A stretch of DNA of 36,273 nucleotides, taken from positions 1 to 36,273 of the forward strand of contig NW_021826199.1 of the NCBI RefSeq assembly GCF_006345805.1, given 5' to 3'. Both the position numbers and the translations under genes were made by a program. Under the pieces are notes generated by a model that did no database searches, was not told the origin of the DNA, and was given only the letters and a program-made list of their open reading frames with translations. Below, piece by piece: positions 12,812 to 22,477 of this stretch; within the stretch, counting starts at the first letter, position 1, and each line of letters opens with the position of its first letter. This stretch comes from Octopus sinensis. Its lineage: Eukaryota.

Positions 12812-13336
12812 TCAGCTGCTGAACAATTGTGCCATGCACAAAAAAGATTGCTGTTCAGCTGCTGCCCTTCTCACATCTGGGTGAAGCTGGCCATTTGTTG
12901 GGTTACCGCGCACTACATCCACATATCGTCTTTCAGTAGTGGTCAGTGCGCTTTTTTCCCTTCTTTTAACTTTTTCTTTTTGTTCTCCCTGAGGGAGGGA
13001 CCTCTGTCTCGCGTCCGTGCGGTTTTGGTAGGGCCTCCGATGTGCAAAGCGACAGTTTGCACCTTCGACGCCGTACCAGCAGTCCCCCTTCAGGTAGAAT
13101 TTGCAGATGTTTCTTTCTTTGCCCTTATAGTTCTTGCTGGGGTCCTTTTGTTTTCTCTGGACAGGGTTTCTTTTAGCTTTGATTTTGTCGCCTTTTACCT
13201 CCTGCTTCCCATCAATTTTAGGGTGCTTTTCTTTTCTTGCGGCCATCACACCACTTTGGTCTTCAGTTGTGGTGTTGGGAGCTGAACATGTGTCATTGTT
13301 TCCCTGTGTTCTAGGTTTCTCGGTTTTGTTTTTCAT
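12812..13336 (-). pseudogene. LINE B ORF1-like basic protein with a single CCCH zinc finger
   Basis: 'ICKFYLKGDCWYGVEGANCRFAH' (C-x7-C-x8-C-x3-H) in a Lys-rich context, with a C-terminal 'SFLCM' motif. Confidence 0.7.
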
Positions 13337-13380
13337 TGGGTTCTGGATGTTTTATTTGGAAGAGGATGTGTGACGTATGT

Positions 13381-13415
<35 letters not shown>

Positions 13416-13446
13416 GTATGAATGTAGGGAGGTAGGGAGGTATATA

Positions 13447-13975
13447 CAGTAATGCCTCAATATACAAGTTAATTTGGTCCCAGAGATCGCTCGTAAAGCG
13501 AGAACTCGCAAAACAGTGCCATAATTTCCCATAATAGCAATGTTATAAGTCGTTCCCAGAAAAATATTTTATGAATAAAATTTATAATACTCGACAATAA
13601 ATGACAATAAAACAACAGCAGAATGTAAAGAATATTTTATGTAAAGTAAAAAGAATGTTGAGATCATTTATAATAAGAAGTATTATTATTAGAATTGTTT
13701 TCTGAATCACTGTCCCTCGCATTAGACTCACGCACACCATCACTTGAAAATGTGATCACCGATTCACAAGCACTCGTAGACAGACTTGTAGATTTCTTTT
13801 TAAAACACAAGTCTACAATTGTTTGCTTAGAAGTCTTTTTTTTCTTTTCACTCTCTATAAATTTCTTGGTAACACACAAAAGTATTGTTATGGTAGAGGT
13901 CTCGAAATTTAAGTGCATTTTCAGCAACGCATTTTCCTATATATTTCTTTTCCAGCTTGGAAACACCACTCCCTC
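13447..13975 (-). mobile_element. pogo/Tigger-like DNA transposon 3' end
   Basis: TA + 'CAGTAATGCCTCAATATACAAGTTAATT' TIR-like start. The minus strand encodes '..FRDLYHNNTFVCYQEIYRE/KKKKTSKQTIVDLCFKK', resembling the Tigger transposase C-terminal KQTxLDxF motif. Confidence 0.65.
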
Positions 13976-13976
13976 T

Positions 13977-14047
<71 letters not shown>

Positions 14048-14080
14048 TGATCAAAATAAAAACATGATGCCAAGGATTCA

Positions 14081-14158
14081 GCGGTACATATGTTTCGGGC
14101 CTTTATTAGACAGATTTATAACAATGCATAATGTATGTCTGTGGCCTTCTTCAGCCGC
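14081..14158 (-). ncRNA. Minimal type I hammerhead ribozyme-like motif
   Basis: Minus strand reads GCGG-CUGAAGA-AGGCC...GGCCC-GAAA-C(AUAU)G-UA^CCGC. Stem I is GCGG/CCGC, both conserved core boxes are present, the cleavage triplet is GUA, and stem III has a palindromic loop. Confidence 0.65.
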
Positions 14159-14419
14159 GCACAACAACTTCCACAAGGACGTGTGTTACATCAAAAATTC
14201 TTGGTTGGGGATGCAAATCCTCTCATTCACGTACGACATAATGCGGCAGCAGCATAGAATTGAAGCGTCCATCTCGTTCTTCTCTCAATGTAGAATGAGG
14301 GAATTTAGATGTTGAAGTAATGTAAATAAATTAACAAATAAATACATATATAGACGTGAAGGGACCTGGTGATAAGAGTAAATAGGGGTAAAGATGGAGG
14401 GGCGAGAATTCAGGACGAA

Positions 14420-14670
14420 GTATAAAAAAATATATAAAAAGTGTAAGTATAGAAAAATGTAAAAGTGTAGAGTATAAAGATATAAAGAGATATAAGGAGA
14501 TATAAGGGGGTATAAAGAATATAAAAAAATATAAATGAATATAAAGGTATCAAGTTATAAAGTAAAAATAGAAATAGAAATAAAAATAAAAATAAAAGCA
14601 AAAAAATAAAAATAGGAATAAAAATAGGAATAAAAATAATAAAAAAATATATAAGGATAAGGGATGTATA
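14420..14670. repeat. A/G-rich low-complexity tract
   Basis: Degenerate (AAAAAT)/(ATATAAG) units. Confidence 0.8.
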
Positions 14671-14857
14671 GTGGTTACGGACCAAACATGGTGGTCAGGA
14701 AAATGACAAAATCCAGTTGTAGAATCAACAGGGGCGTCTGGGGACTTAGTGTGTTGTAAATCAGATCTGTTGAGCGGTTAATCTAGTTCCTTGAGTTAAT
14801 TGGTCATCTTGTACATACATACCAGCATGGATACATACACCCATATACACGCCAGGT

Positions 14858-15049
14858 TTAACCCTTTTCATACCATCCTGCTTAAAATTGCTTTTGTTTC
14901 TATTGTACAAATCCTCAGTTTTGAAGAGATCTAAAGAAAACCTTCCTTATGTTCCAAACAATAGTTTAGTAATGATTCTTTATCATTTCCAAAATTTATT
15001 GAAACAAAGGCAATGCATTTCAGCAGAAATATGGTAAGAAACGGATCAA
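14858..15049. mobile_element. Possible piggyBac-like MITE (degenerate)
   Basis: 'TTAA CCCTTTTCATACCA' at the left and degenerate 'TGGTAAGAAACGGATCAA' at the right. A related terminus occurs at 34488-34506. Confidence 0.4.
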
Positions 15050-15225
15050 CACACACCAATATCCCAGATTATTATGTCTAAATGATTAGATGTTCCCCTT
15101 CAGATTAATCCATCAATTAGAAAGGTTATGTTGCATTAGCAAAGGGGATTAAATTTCTTCTTTCTAACACAAAAATGTAAGGTCAACAGATGAGTCGATT
15201 ATTTAGAAGGGTTATATAGCATTAG

Positions 15226-15315
15226 GTGGAGGCACGTGGCTTAATAGTTAGGGTGTTGAACTCATGATTGTAAGATTGTGGTTTCGATTCCTGTACCAGG
15301 CGATGGGTTGTGTTC
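15226..15315 (+). mobile_element. tRNA-derived SINE head (truncated)
   Basis: A-box-like 'TGGCTTAATAGTTAG' and B-box-like 'GGTTTCGATTCC'. Related to the head at 17640-17715 (minus). Confidence 0.6.
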
Positions 15316-15499
15316 TCTCAGAGTGAAAGTCACATTGTATGATGCCTGTATATGAACAGCAATGCTATGTGATACAAACTTTGAATTTGCTGAAGTATTA
15401 TAAAAATATTTGCACTGAGGTTGTTGTTGTTGTTATTATTATTGTTGTTGTTATTGTTATTGTTGTTGTTGCTGCTGCACCAGAAAAAAGTGTTCAGTG

Positions 15500-15595
15500 G
15501 AATTTCTTCTGACTCTTTCTGTCCTGAGTTCAAATACTGCTAAGGTCAGCTTTGCCTTTCATCCCTTTGGGGTTGATGAAATAAAGGACCGACTA
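15500..15595 (+). mobile_element. SINE family B fragment
   Basis: 'ctgagttcaaatactgctaaggtcagctttgcctttcatccctttggggttgatgaaataa' is a diverged match to the 28335-28563 copy. Confidence 0.65.
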
Positions 15596-15713
15596 AATAT
15601 AATCAAATTAATGTAATCAAAGAACCGCTTCCACATGAAATTCCTGATCTTGTGCCATAATTAGAAAGAACTATTATTATTATTACTATTATTACTATTA
15701 TTATTATTATTAT

Positions 15714-16305
15714 ATGTTTGACTTTTGCTTTATATTTGTACAAGTTGGCTCCAAGTCTCACCCAGAGACCTCAAGAGACAACAGGTTGGAAGTTCATGTT
15801 GTTGTTATGCCTAGTGTGCCATATATTTGGGGGTGGGGTTGTACTAATGAATGTCTAAAAAAAATTTTTTTTTTTTTTAAAACCGAAAATTGTTTGTTTT
15901 AAACCTTGAGATTACATAGAAAGTATTTTGCGTAGGATATGAGCAGTTCCCTTGAGCACTATCTTTTGAATTTCTGCCATTTTGGGGTTTCCTGGTATCT
16001 GAGTTAGGTAGCTATCAGCCCCTTTTGCTATCATTCCCAGGGCACCTATGACAACAGGTATTGTTTTAGTCTTCAGGTTCCACATTTTACTGATTTCTAT
16101 TTCAAGATCTTTATATTTGCTCAGTTTTTGGTAGGTCTTGACAGATGCGTTTATATCGATTGGGACAGTCATATCAATGAGGAGGCATGTTCTTTGTTTG
16201 AAGTCTTTCAATATGATGTCTGGCCTATTTGCATGTATCTTTCAATATGATGTCTGGCCTATTTGCATCTATCTTTCAATATGATGTCTGGCCTATTTAC
16301 ATCTA
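15714..16305 (-). mobile_element. 5'-truncated R4/Dong-type non-LTR retrotransposon (restriction-like endonuclease C-terminus + 3' UTR)
   Basis: 'NRPDIILKDFKQRTCLLIDMTVPID..KLSKYKDLEIEISKMW..IPVVIGALG' is the PD-(D/E)xK RLE motif. The element is flanked on both sides by (TAA/ATT)n. Confidence 0.8.
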
Positions 16306-16308
16306 TTA

Positions 16309-16341
<33 letters not shown>

Positions 16342-16360
16342 GCAAAAGTAATTTCCTTAC

Positions 16361-16609
16361 CTTTTGTCATTAAGGTATATTTTGCAGAGCAGAGATACAA
16401 GTCACAAAAACGCCAAGTGAAATCTTGTTCTGATACCATTCGGATCAAAAGAGTAGATTTGCTACCATCTCGTGTAACTTCATAGTTACCGTAATTATAA
16501 CAAGTCGGGTTACATTCATATCTACCATTGTCGTTTTTCCAGAAAACAATTTCTGTCATCTCGGCTACTTCAATATGAAGTGTGACATTGTCTCCTAAAG
16601 CAACTGGTT
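16361..16609 (-). CDS. Internal coding exon of a host gene, Ig-like domain (249 nt, phase 1-1)
   Basis: Acceptor 'tttatctttttactttag|' and donor '|gtaagg'. 83 codons with no stop: 'PVALGDNVTLHIEV..IVFWKND..YEVTRDGSKSTLLIRMVSEQDFTWRFC'. Confidence 0.75.
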
Positions 16610-17004
16610 CTAAAGTAAAAAGATAAATCAACATTAGTGATTGGTTGCCCATATGAAAAATTTCAGGTTTTTTTTTTCATCATTGCCATTTTAACACCTA
16701 CTTTTCCCTACTTGGGAGCAGCATTTTCTTTGTGTACAATTGGATGCTCTTCCTGTCCTAATATCCCAATCTATTGAATAGCAAAGAGTCAAGTCATGTT
16801 TTACCTAGTAAACTGGAAACAAACGACCCCATATAAACGAACCTTTTGTTTACTAAGATTGTGCAGAGTAAGATACACCCTTGTCACCCATAAAGTTAAT
16901 CAAGTTGTACAGAAATTTCTTTGCCACTGAAACCAGAAAACTGGCCCTTATGAGCCTGGCATCGCTTGAGAAGGAAATCAAGTTGTAGTCAGATGTTACA
17001 AGCA

Positions 17005-17215
17005 TAAAGGAGAGGCCTTAAAATTGATTGACCAGGTCAAGAAAATTATAATTAATTAGAAACAGAATTAGACTAGATGAGATGCAGTTTGATATTCTGC
17101 CAGGAAGAAGGACTACTGCTGCCATCTACTGAGTAAAACAACTGCAAGAGATGTATTTAGCTAATAGTAAACCATTGCAATTGGTATTCGTTGACCTGCA
17201 GAAATCTCTGATACA
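17005..17215 (+). mobile_element. Old RTE RT fragment, related to the 19.1-23.1 kb element
   Basis: 'tagatgagatgcagtttgatattctgccaggaagaaggactactg..gttgacctgcagaaa' aligns with 21020-21230. Confidence 0.7.
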
Positions 17216-17394
17216 GTCATCTCTGAAGAAGCAAGCAGCTTGGGCAACTTAAGTTCTCTCAGAGTGAAAGGCACATTGTATGATGTTCATGTATGAACAG
17301 CAAAAGCTACATGATAGTGAGAGATGGGCCCTAAATGCAGAGGACGCGTAAAGAATAGAGAGGAATAAAGCTAGTATGTTCCTTTGGATGTGCA

Positions 17395-17715
17395 ATGCCA
17401 GCGTACATACTTGTTTGTTCCTTCTCGAGCCTTGCCTGGCTCATAAGGGCCAGTTTCCCGGTTTCTTGGCATATAGGTTCCCCACCTGGATGGGACACTG
17501 GTCCATCACAGGTGAGCTGCAAGATGCAGGAGGAAAGAGTGAGAGAAAGTTGTGGCAAAAGAGTCAGCAGAAGTTTCGCCATTACCTTCTGCCGGAGCCA
17601 CGTGGAGCTTAGGTGTTTTCACTCATAAAAACACACATCGCCCGGTCTGAGATTCGAACCAGCGATCCCTTGACCGCGTGTCTGCTGCTCTAACCACTAG
17701 GCCATGTGCTTCCAC
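17395..17715 (-). mobile_element. tRNA-derived SINE, family C, near complete
   Basis: Head 'GGAAGCACATGGCCTAGTGGTTAGAGC..GGTTCGAATCTC' with A and B boxes, plus a body and tail. A second tail copy lies on plus at ~16930-16985. Confidence 0.8.
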
Positions 17716-17744
17716 AGTGTACATACAAAAGAAAGTGTTAAAGT

Positions 17745-17975
17745 ATCAAGAGAAAAATTAGGCAAAAGAGGAAACAGATGAAGGCTACAGAAAAGAAGAC
17801 TGCAATGGTTTGGTGATGTGATGCATAAGGATGAGGGCAGCTGTTTAAAGAAGTGCTTTAAGTGGATGGAACTTGTTGAAGAGGGAGACCCAGGAAGACA
17901 TGGGATAAAGCGGTGAAGGCTGAACTCAAGATGCTGGACTTGAAAAGATGACAAAAGACTGAGATGATTGACAAA
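17745..17975 (+). mobile_element. Old RTE C-terminal fragment
   Basis: 'RRLQWFGDVMHKDEGSCLKKC..GRPRKTWDKAVKAELKML' remnants align with 22150-22370. Confidence 0.65.
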
Positions 17976-18374
17976 GCACAGTGATTGAGAAGACTCATCC
18001 ATCCCAGTAAAAGATGATGTCCAAAATGCATTCTGTTTATGCTTGTAAGCCATTCTTCTTCCTCCTCAAGCTTTCTCCACATCTTTTTCCCTTAACATCC
18101 AGTTCTCCATCACTCATCTGTCTATGGCACTACTCAGGGGTTGTATTCATTTGGAACAAGAATCGTCACATATTACTCCTTGCCATTTTCTTTCCATTAC
18201 CGTTTATTTCCCCCATCCTGCCAGAACAACCCCATCCCTTATTTCCATTATGTCCTCTTCCCTTCCTGCACTGTCTTCACTGGTTACAGCCTTTCTCTCC
18301 CTTCAGCTATCTCTCCCTCTCCTCAGTCATTGGATCTTGTCAAAGTCCTGCAGCCTGTCGGATCCTTAATAATT

Positions 18375-18538
18375 ATCCAACTCAATCACCATCAATCATC
18401 ATTAATCATCAATCAGCAATCATCAGCATCATTCATCAATCATCATCAATCACCATCATCATCAATCATCAATCATCATCAATTGCATCATCAATCGTCA
18501 TCATCAACAACATTCTAACGTCCACTTTTCCATGCTTG
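18375..18538 (-). repeat. (GAT)n-derived tail of an RTE-type 3' end
   Basis: Degenerate CAT/CAAT repeats next to 'aacgtccacttttccatgctt', the reverse complement of the RTE tail at 23085-23125. Confidence 0.6.
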
Positions 18539-18686
18539 TAATATTTTTTGTGATGTTAAATGAAATTGAGCTGATTGGAAAAAGTTTTTTTTTAAAAAGT
18601 GGTTAAAAACTGAGTTAAGTAAAGAAATGGAATTGAAAAGACAGTTTCTAGTTTAAAAGGAGAAAAAGGTTTGTTGATCCATTTAC

Positions 18687-18725
18687 CACTTTGAGTAATA
18701 TTATAACTTTCTGTTCTTGCCAAAC
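18687..18725 (-). CDS. 39-nt coding micro-exon upstream of the Ig-like exon (phase 1-1)
   Basis: Acceptor 'tttttgttttcttctttttcag|' and donor '|gtaaat'. Encodes 'xLARTESYNITQS', which joins in frame to 'EPVALGDNVTL' and supplies the Ig A-strand. Confidence 0.65.
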
Positions 18726-19314
18726 CTGAAAAAGAAGAAAACAAAAATTTTAGATTTTCAGATTTTACATTTAATCAACAAGATTGATTGCAATTTATGT
18801 TACAATAATTAAATAATAATAATTATCATTTGTAAATAGAATTACACATTATATACAGCTCATGAACGGCTAAAAGTTAAGATTTCTTCTTTCAACTTCG
18901 CTTTCTACTACCCTCTGCACGTATAATCACTATTCTTTCAGTTTCCTTAAATCTTTCTCTCATATTTTCCTTCAGTACCCTCTATTCATATTTTCCTTCA
19001 GTTTTCAACATACCATTCATAGCCACTCATTGTCTCCCCTAAAATTTGACTTCTCTGATACTTTCAAACCTACTTTCTTGCTATCACGATTAACAGAATC
19101 CTCTTGCTAGTTTGGGGTTGACCCACCCACCCACCCCCTCCACACATGCCGGAAGTTTCCTATTCTTTTCATCCCTGGGTTGCTTCCCTTGAAGACTGCA
19201 AATGCTCTTTCACCATCCCTACCCCTAGTTTCGACCTAGGTAAAGTAATGATCATACAGTGCAAAATATGAATGGGTAGTGTTATGCAGGTTGAATTGAA
19301 GGCTACTGTATTAC

Positions 19315-22300
19315 TTGCTCATGAATTCTGCCAAATGCGAGCTTTCTTTTCAGGTACATGAAGCTACTGTCCACCGACGCAGGGTCTCTAGGGCCCATAC
19401 CTCCCACACCCTCAGGGTTGGCACCCTCAACGTTGGCACACTGAAAGGTAGGTCTGGCGAGATAGTTGAGATGCTTGAACGGAGATGTGTGGATATATGT
19501 TGCATGCAAGAAGTAAGGTGGAGAGGAGGTTCTGCTAGGTTCCTCACAGGCAAGGAACACAGGTACAAGATTTTCTGGGCAGGGAACACTGACGGGGTTG
19601 GAGGCGTGGGTATACTTATCGCTGAGAAATGGGTAGATAAAGTAATTGAGGTAATCAGAGTATGCGACAGAATACTTAAGATTAGATTAGCGCTTCATCA
19701 TAGTTTAGCAACCATTATATCAGCCTATGCTCCTCAGTCGGGGCTACCTGATGGACAGAAAGACCGATTCTATGACACTCTACTGCAGACTACCTCGTTG
19801 ACGAACGACAGAGACCTTCTCTTTGTGGCTGGTGACTTCAATGGTCACGTTGGACGACATGCTGGGGGCTTCCATGGCGTACATGGAGGCTATGGCTCTG
19901 GTTCCCGCAACGAGGAGGGAACCAGGCTGCTGGAGTTCTGCGATGCAAATAATCTTATGATTTGCAACACTAACTTCAGGAAACCTACCAGCCACCTAGT
20001 CACCTACCGATCGGGCCAACATACCAGCCAAATTGACTACATCCTTGCCAGGCAAAGGGAGAGATGGCTACTTATAAATGCCAAAACCTTCCCAGGCGAA
20101 GAATGTACCCCACAACATAGACTGGTAGTTAGTGACTTTAGGATCAGGAGTAGGAGGACAACCAGAAGACGACCAACATGGAGAAGAAGGATCTGGAAGC
20201 TTAAGGATCCTGTGAATGGACAGAGATTTAGAGACATGTTACTTGAAGCCTTTGACGAAGTAGAAGGGGATAGAGTATCACATGGGGTAGAGGACAACTG
20301 GACATTTCTAAGGGACAACCTGCTGAGAGCCACTGACCAGATCTGTGGCTGGTGCAAAGTCCCCTCTCGTCCCAAGGTAACGTGGTGGTGGAACAGTGTC
20401 GTAGACAGGGCTATTAGAGAAAAGAGACAGACTTGGAAGCACTGGAAGAATGGTGGTAGCAGGGAATTGTATCAGACTGCTAAAAGGGAAGCTAGGAGAC
20501 AGGTCTATCTAGCCAGAGGGGAAGCAGATAAGAAAAAAATTTGCCAATGTTCTGCGCCGTGAGGACCAAAGACTGGAGGTGTTTCGCGTTGCAAGACAGT
20601 GTGTGAGAGAGAATTGTGATGTGGTGGGAGAGAAGTGTGTTCGCATGGAAGATGGTTCACTTGCGCTAAACGAGGATGCAAAGAGAGAGGCTTGGAGACG
20701 CCACTATGAAAGGTTGCTGAATAAAGAAAATGAATGGGATAAAGAGAGTCTGCCGAACGTTGACCCAACAGAGGGACCAGCTATCAGGGTTGATAGTTCC
20801 TTAGTAGCTAAGGCAATTAGAAGCATGAAGACAGGGAAAGCCCCAGGCCCATCAGGTATCACTGCAGAGATGCTCAAAATATCTGGTAGTGTCGGCTATA
20901 GCCTAGTCACCTGTATAGTTAATCAGGTGATACATGAAGGAGTCATACCCAATGACTGGTGTAGCAGCATAATAGTCAACTGCTACAAAGGTAAGGTGAT
21001 GCCCTAGATACAAATAATTACAGAGGTATCAAGCTGTTGGATCAGGTGATGAAGGTTACAGAGAGGGTCATAAGCCAACTAATTAGAGAGAGAGTTAGTT
21101 TAGATGAGATGCAGTTTGGTTTCGTGCCAGGGAAAAATACCACTGATGATATATTCAGGAGAAATACCTAGCCAAAGATAAGCCCCTGTACCTGGCTTTT
21201 GTTGACATGGAGAAAGCCTTCGACAGGGTCCCCCGATCCCTCATATGGTGGTCAATGAGGAAACTAGGAATAGATGAATGGTTAGTGAGAGCTGTGCAAG
21301 CCATGTACAGGGACGCTGCTAGTAAGGTGAGGGTTGGCAATGAGTACAGTGAAGAATTCCGGGTAGAGGTAGGGGTCCACCAAGGCTCAGTCCTCAGCCC
21401 CCTCCTATTTATCATAGTCCTCCAGGCAATAACGGAGGAATTCAAGACAGGATGCCCCTGGGAGCTCCTCTATGCTGATGACCTTGCTCTAATTGCTGAG
21501 TCATTATCAGAACTGGAGAAGAAGTTTCAGGTGTGGAAGCATGGTTTAGAATCGAAGGGCCTTAGAGTCAACCTAGCTAAAACCAAAGTCCTAATAAGTA
21601 GGAAGGTAGACAAATCACAAACGCCTTCAGGTAGATGGCCCTGCTCGATCTGTAGAAAAGGTGTAGGTAGAAACTCTATAAGATGCACCAAGTGTAAGCT
21701 ATGGACACATAAGAGGTGCAGCAATGTCATAGGAAGGCTAACTAGGAAGATGGTTTTTGTATGTGGCAGATGCTCGGGAGCATTAACCACTGAAAATCTG
21801 CTGAAAACAACTTCCGTCACTTTCCAGGGGGAAAAACTAGAAGTAGTTGATAGCTTCCGTTATCTTGGTGACCAAGTCAGTAGTGGGGGTGGGTGTGCTG
21901 AAAGTGTAACGGCTAGAGTAAGAATAGCCTGGGCAAAGTTTAGGGAGCTCTTACCTCTGTTGGTGACTAAAGGCCTCTCGCTCAGAGTAAAAGGCAGACT
22001 GTATGATGCATGTGTACGAACAGCCATGCTACATGGCAGTGAAACATGGGCCGTGGCTGCTGAGGACATGCGTAAGCTCGCGAGAAATGAAGCTAGTATG
22101 CTCCGCTGGATGTGTAATGTCAGTGTTCATAGTCGACAGAGTGTAAGTACCTTGAGAGAAAAGTTGGACCTAAGAGGCATCAGATGTTGTGTGCAAGAGA
22201 GACGATTGCGCTGGTATGGTCATGTGGTGAGACTGGATGAAGATAGGTGTGTGAAAAAGTGCCACACCCTGGCAGTTGAGGGGACCTGTGGAAGAGGTAG

Positions 22301-22427
22301 ACCCAGGAAAACCTGGGTCGAGGTGGTGAAGCACGACCTTCGAACTCTAGGTCTCACCAAGGAAATGACCAGAGACCGAGACCTATGGAAGTATGCTGTG
22401 TGTGAGAAGACCCGGCAAGACCAGTGA
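19315..22427 (+). pseudogene. RTE ORF (APE-RT with internal PHD-like finger), interrupted
   Basis: Extra A in an A-run near 20535, a missing A near 20990, and a short deletion near 21155. Confidence 0.88.
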
Positions 22428-22477
22428 GAACAATCAAAATCAAATCATATATCAGAAAGCAGGGGTTAAGTGACCCA

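Larger units (their letters stand above)
9661..13370 (-). mobile_element. CR1-group non-LTR retrotransposon (LINE B), near full length, frameshifted
   Basis: CCCH-finger ORF1 (12812-13336), APE (12415-12750, 11812-12352), RT (10436-11455, '[19 protein letters not shown]'), C-terminus (9737-10432), and a 3' tail ending in (TTTTAAGGA)2. Confidence 0.92.

Noticed and set aside
17640-17715. Functional tRNA gene (also 15226-15300)
   Set aside because: The A and B boxes are present, but acceptor-stem pairing is poor and the sequence continues into a SINE body.
18014-18541. 175-aa ORF with His/Gln/Ser/Ile-rich tail
   Set aside because: It is a translation of a pyrimidine-rich tract and a decayed (CAT)n retroelement tail.
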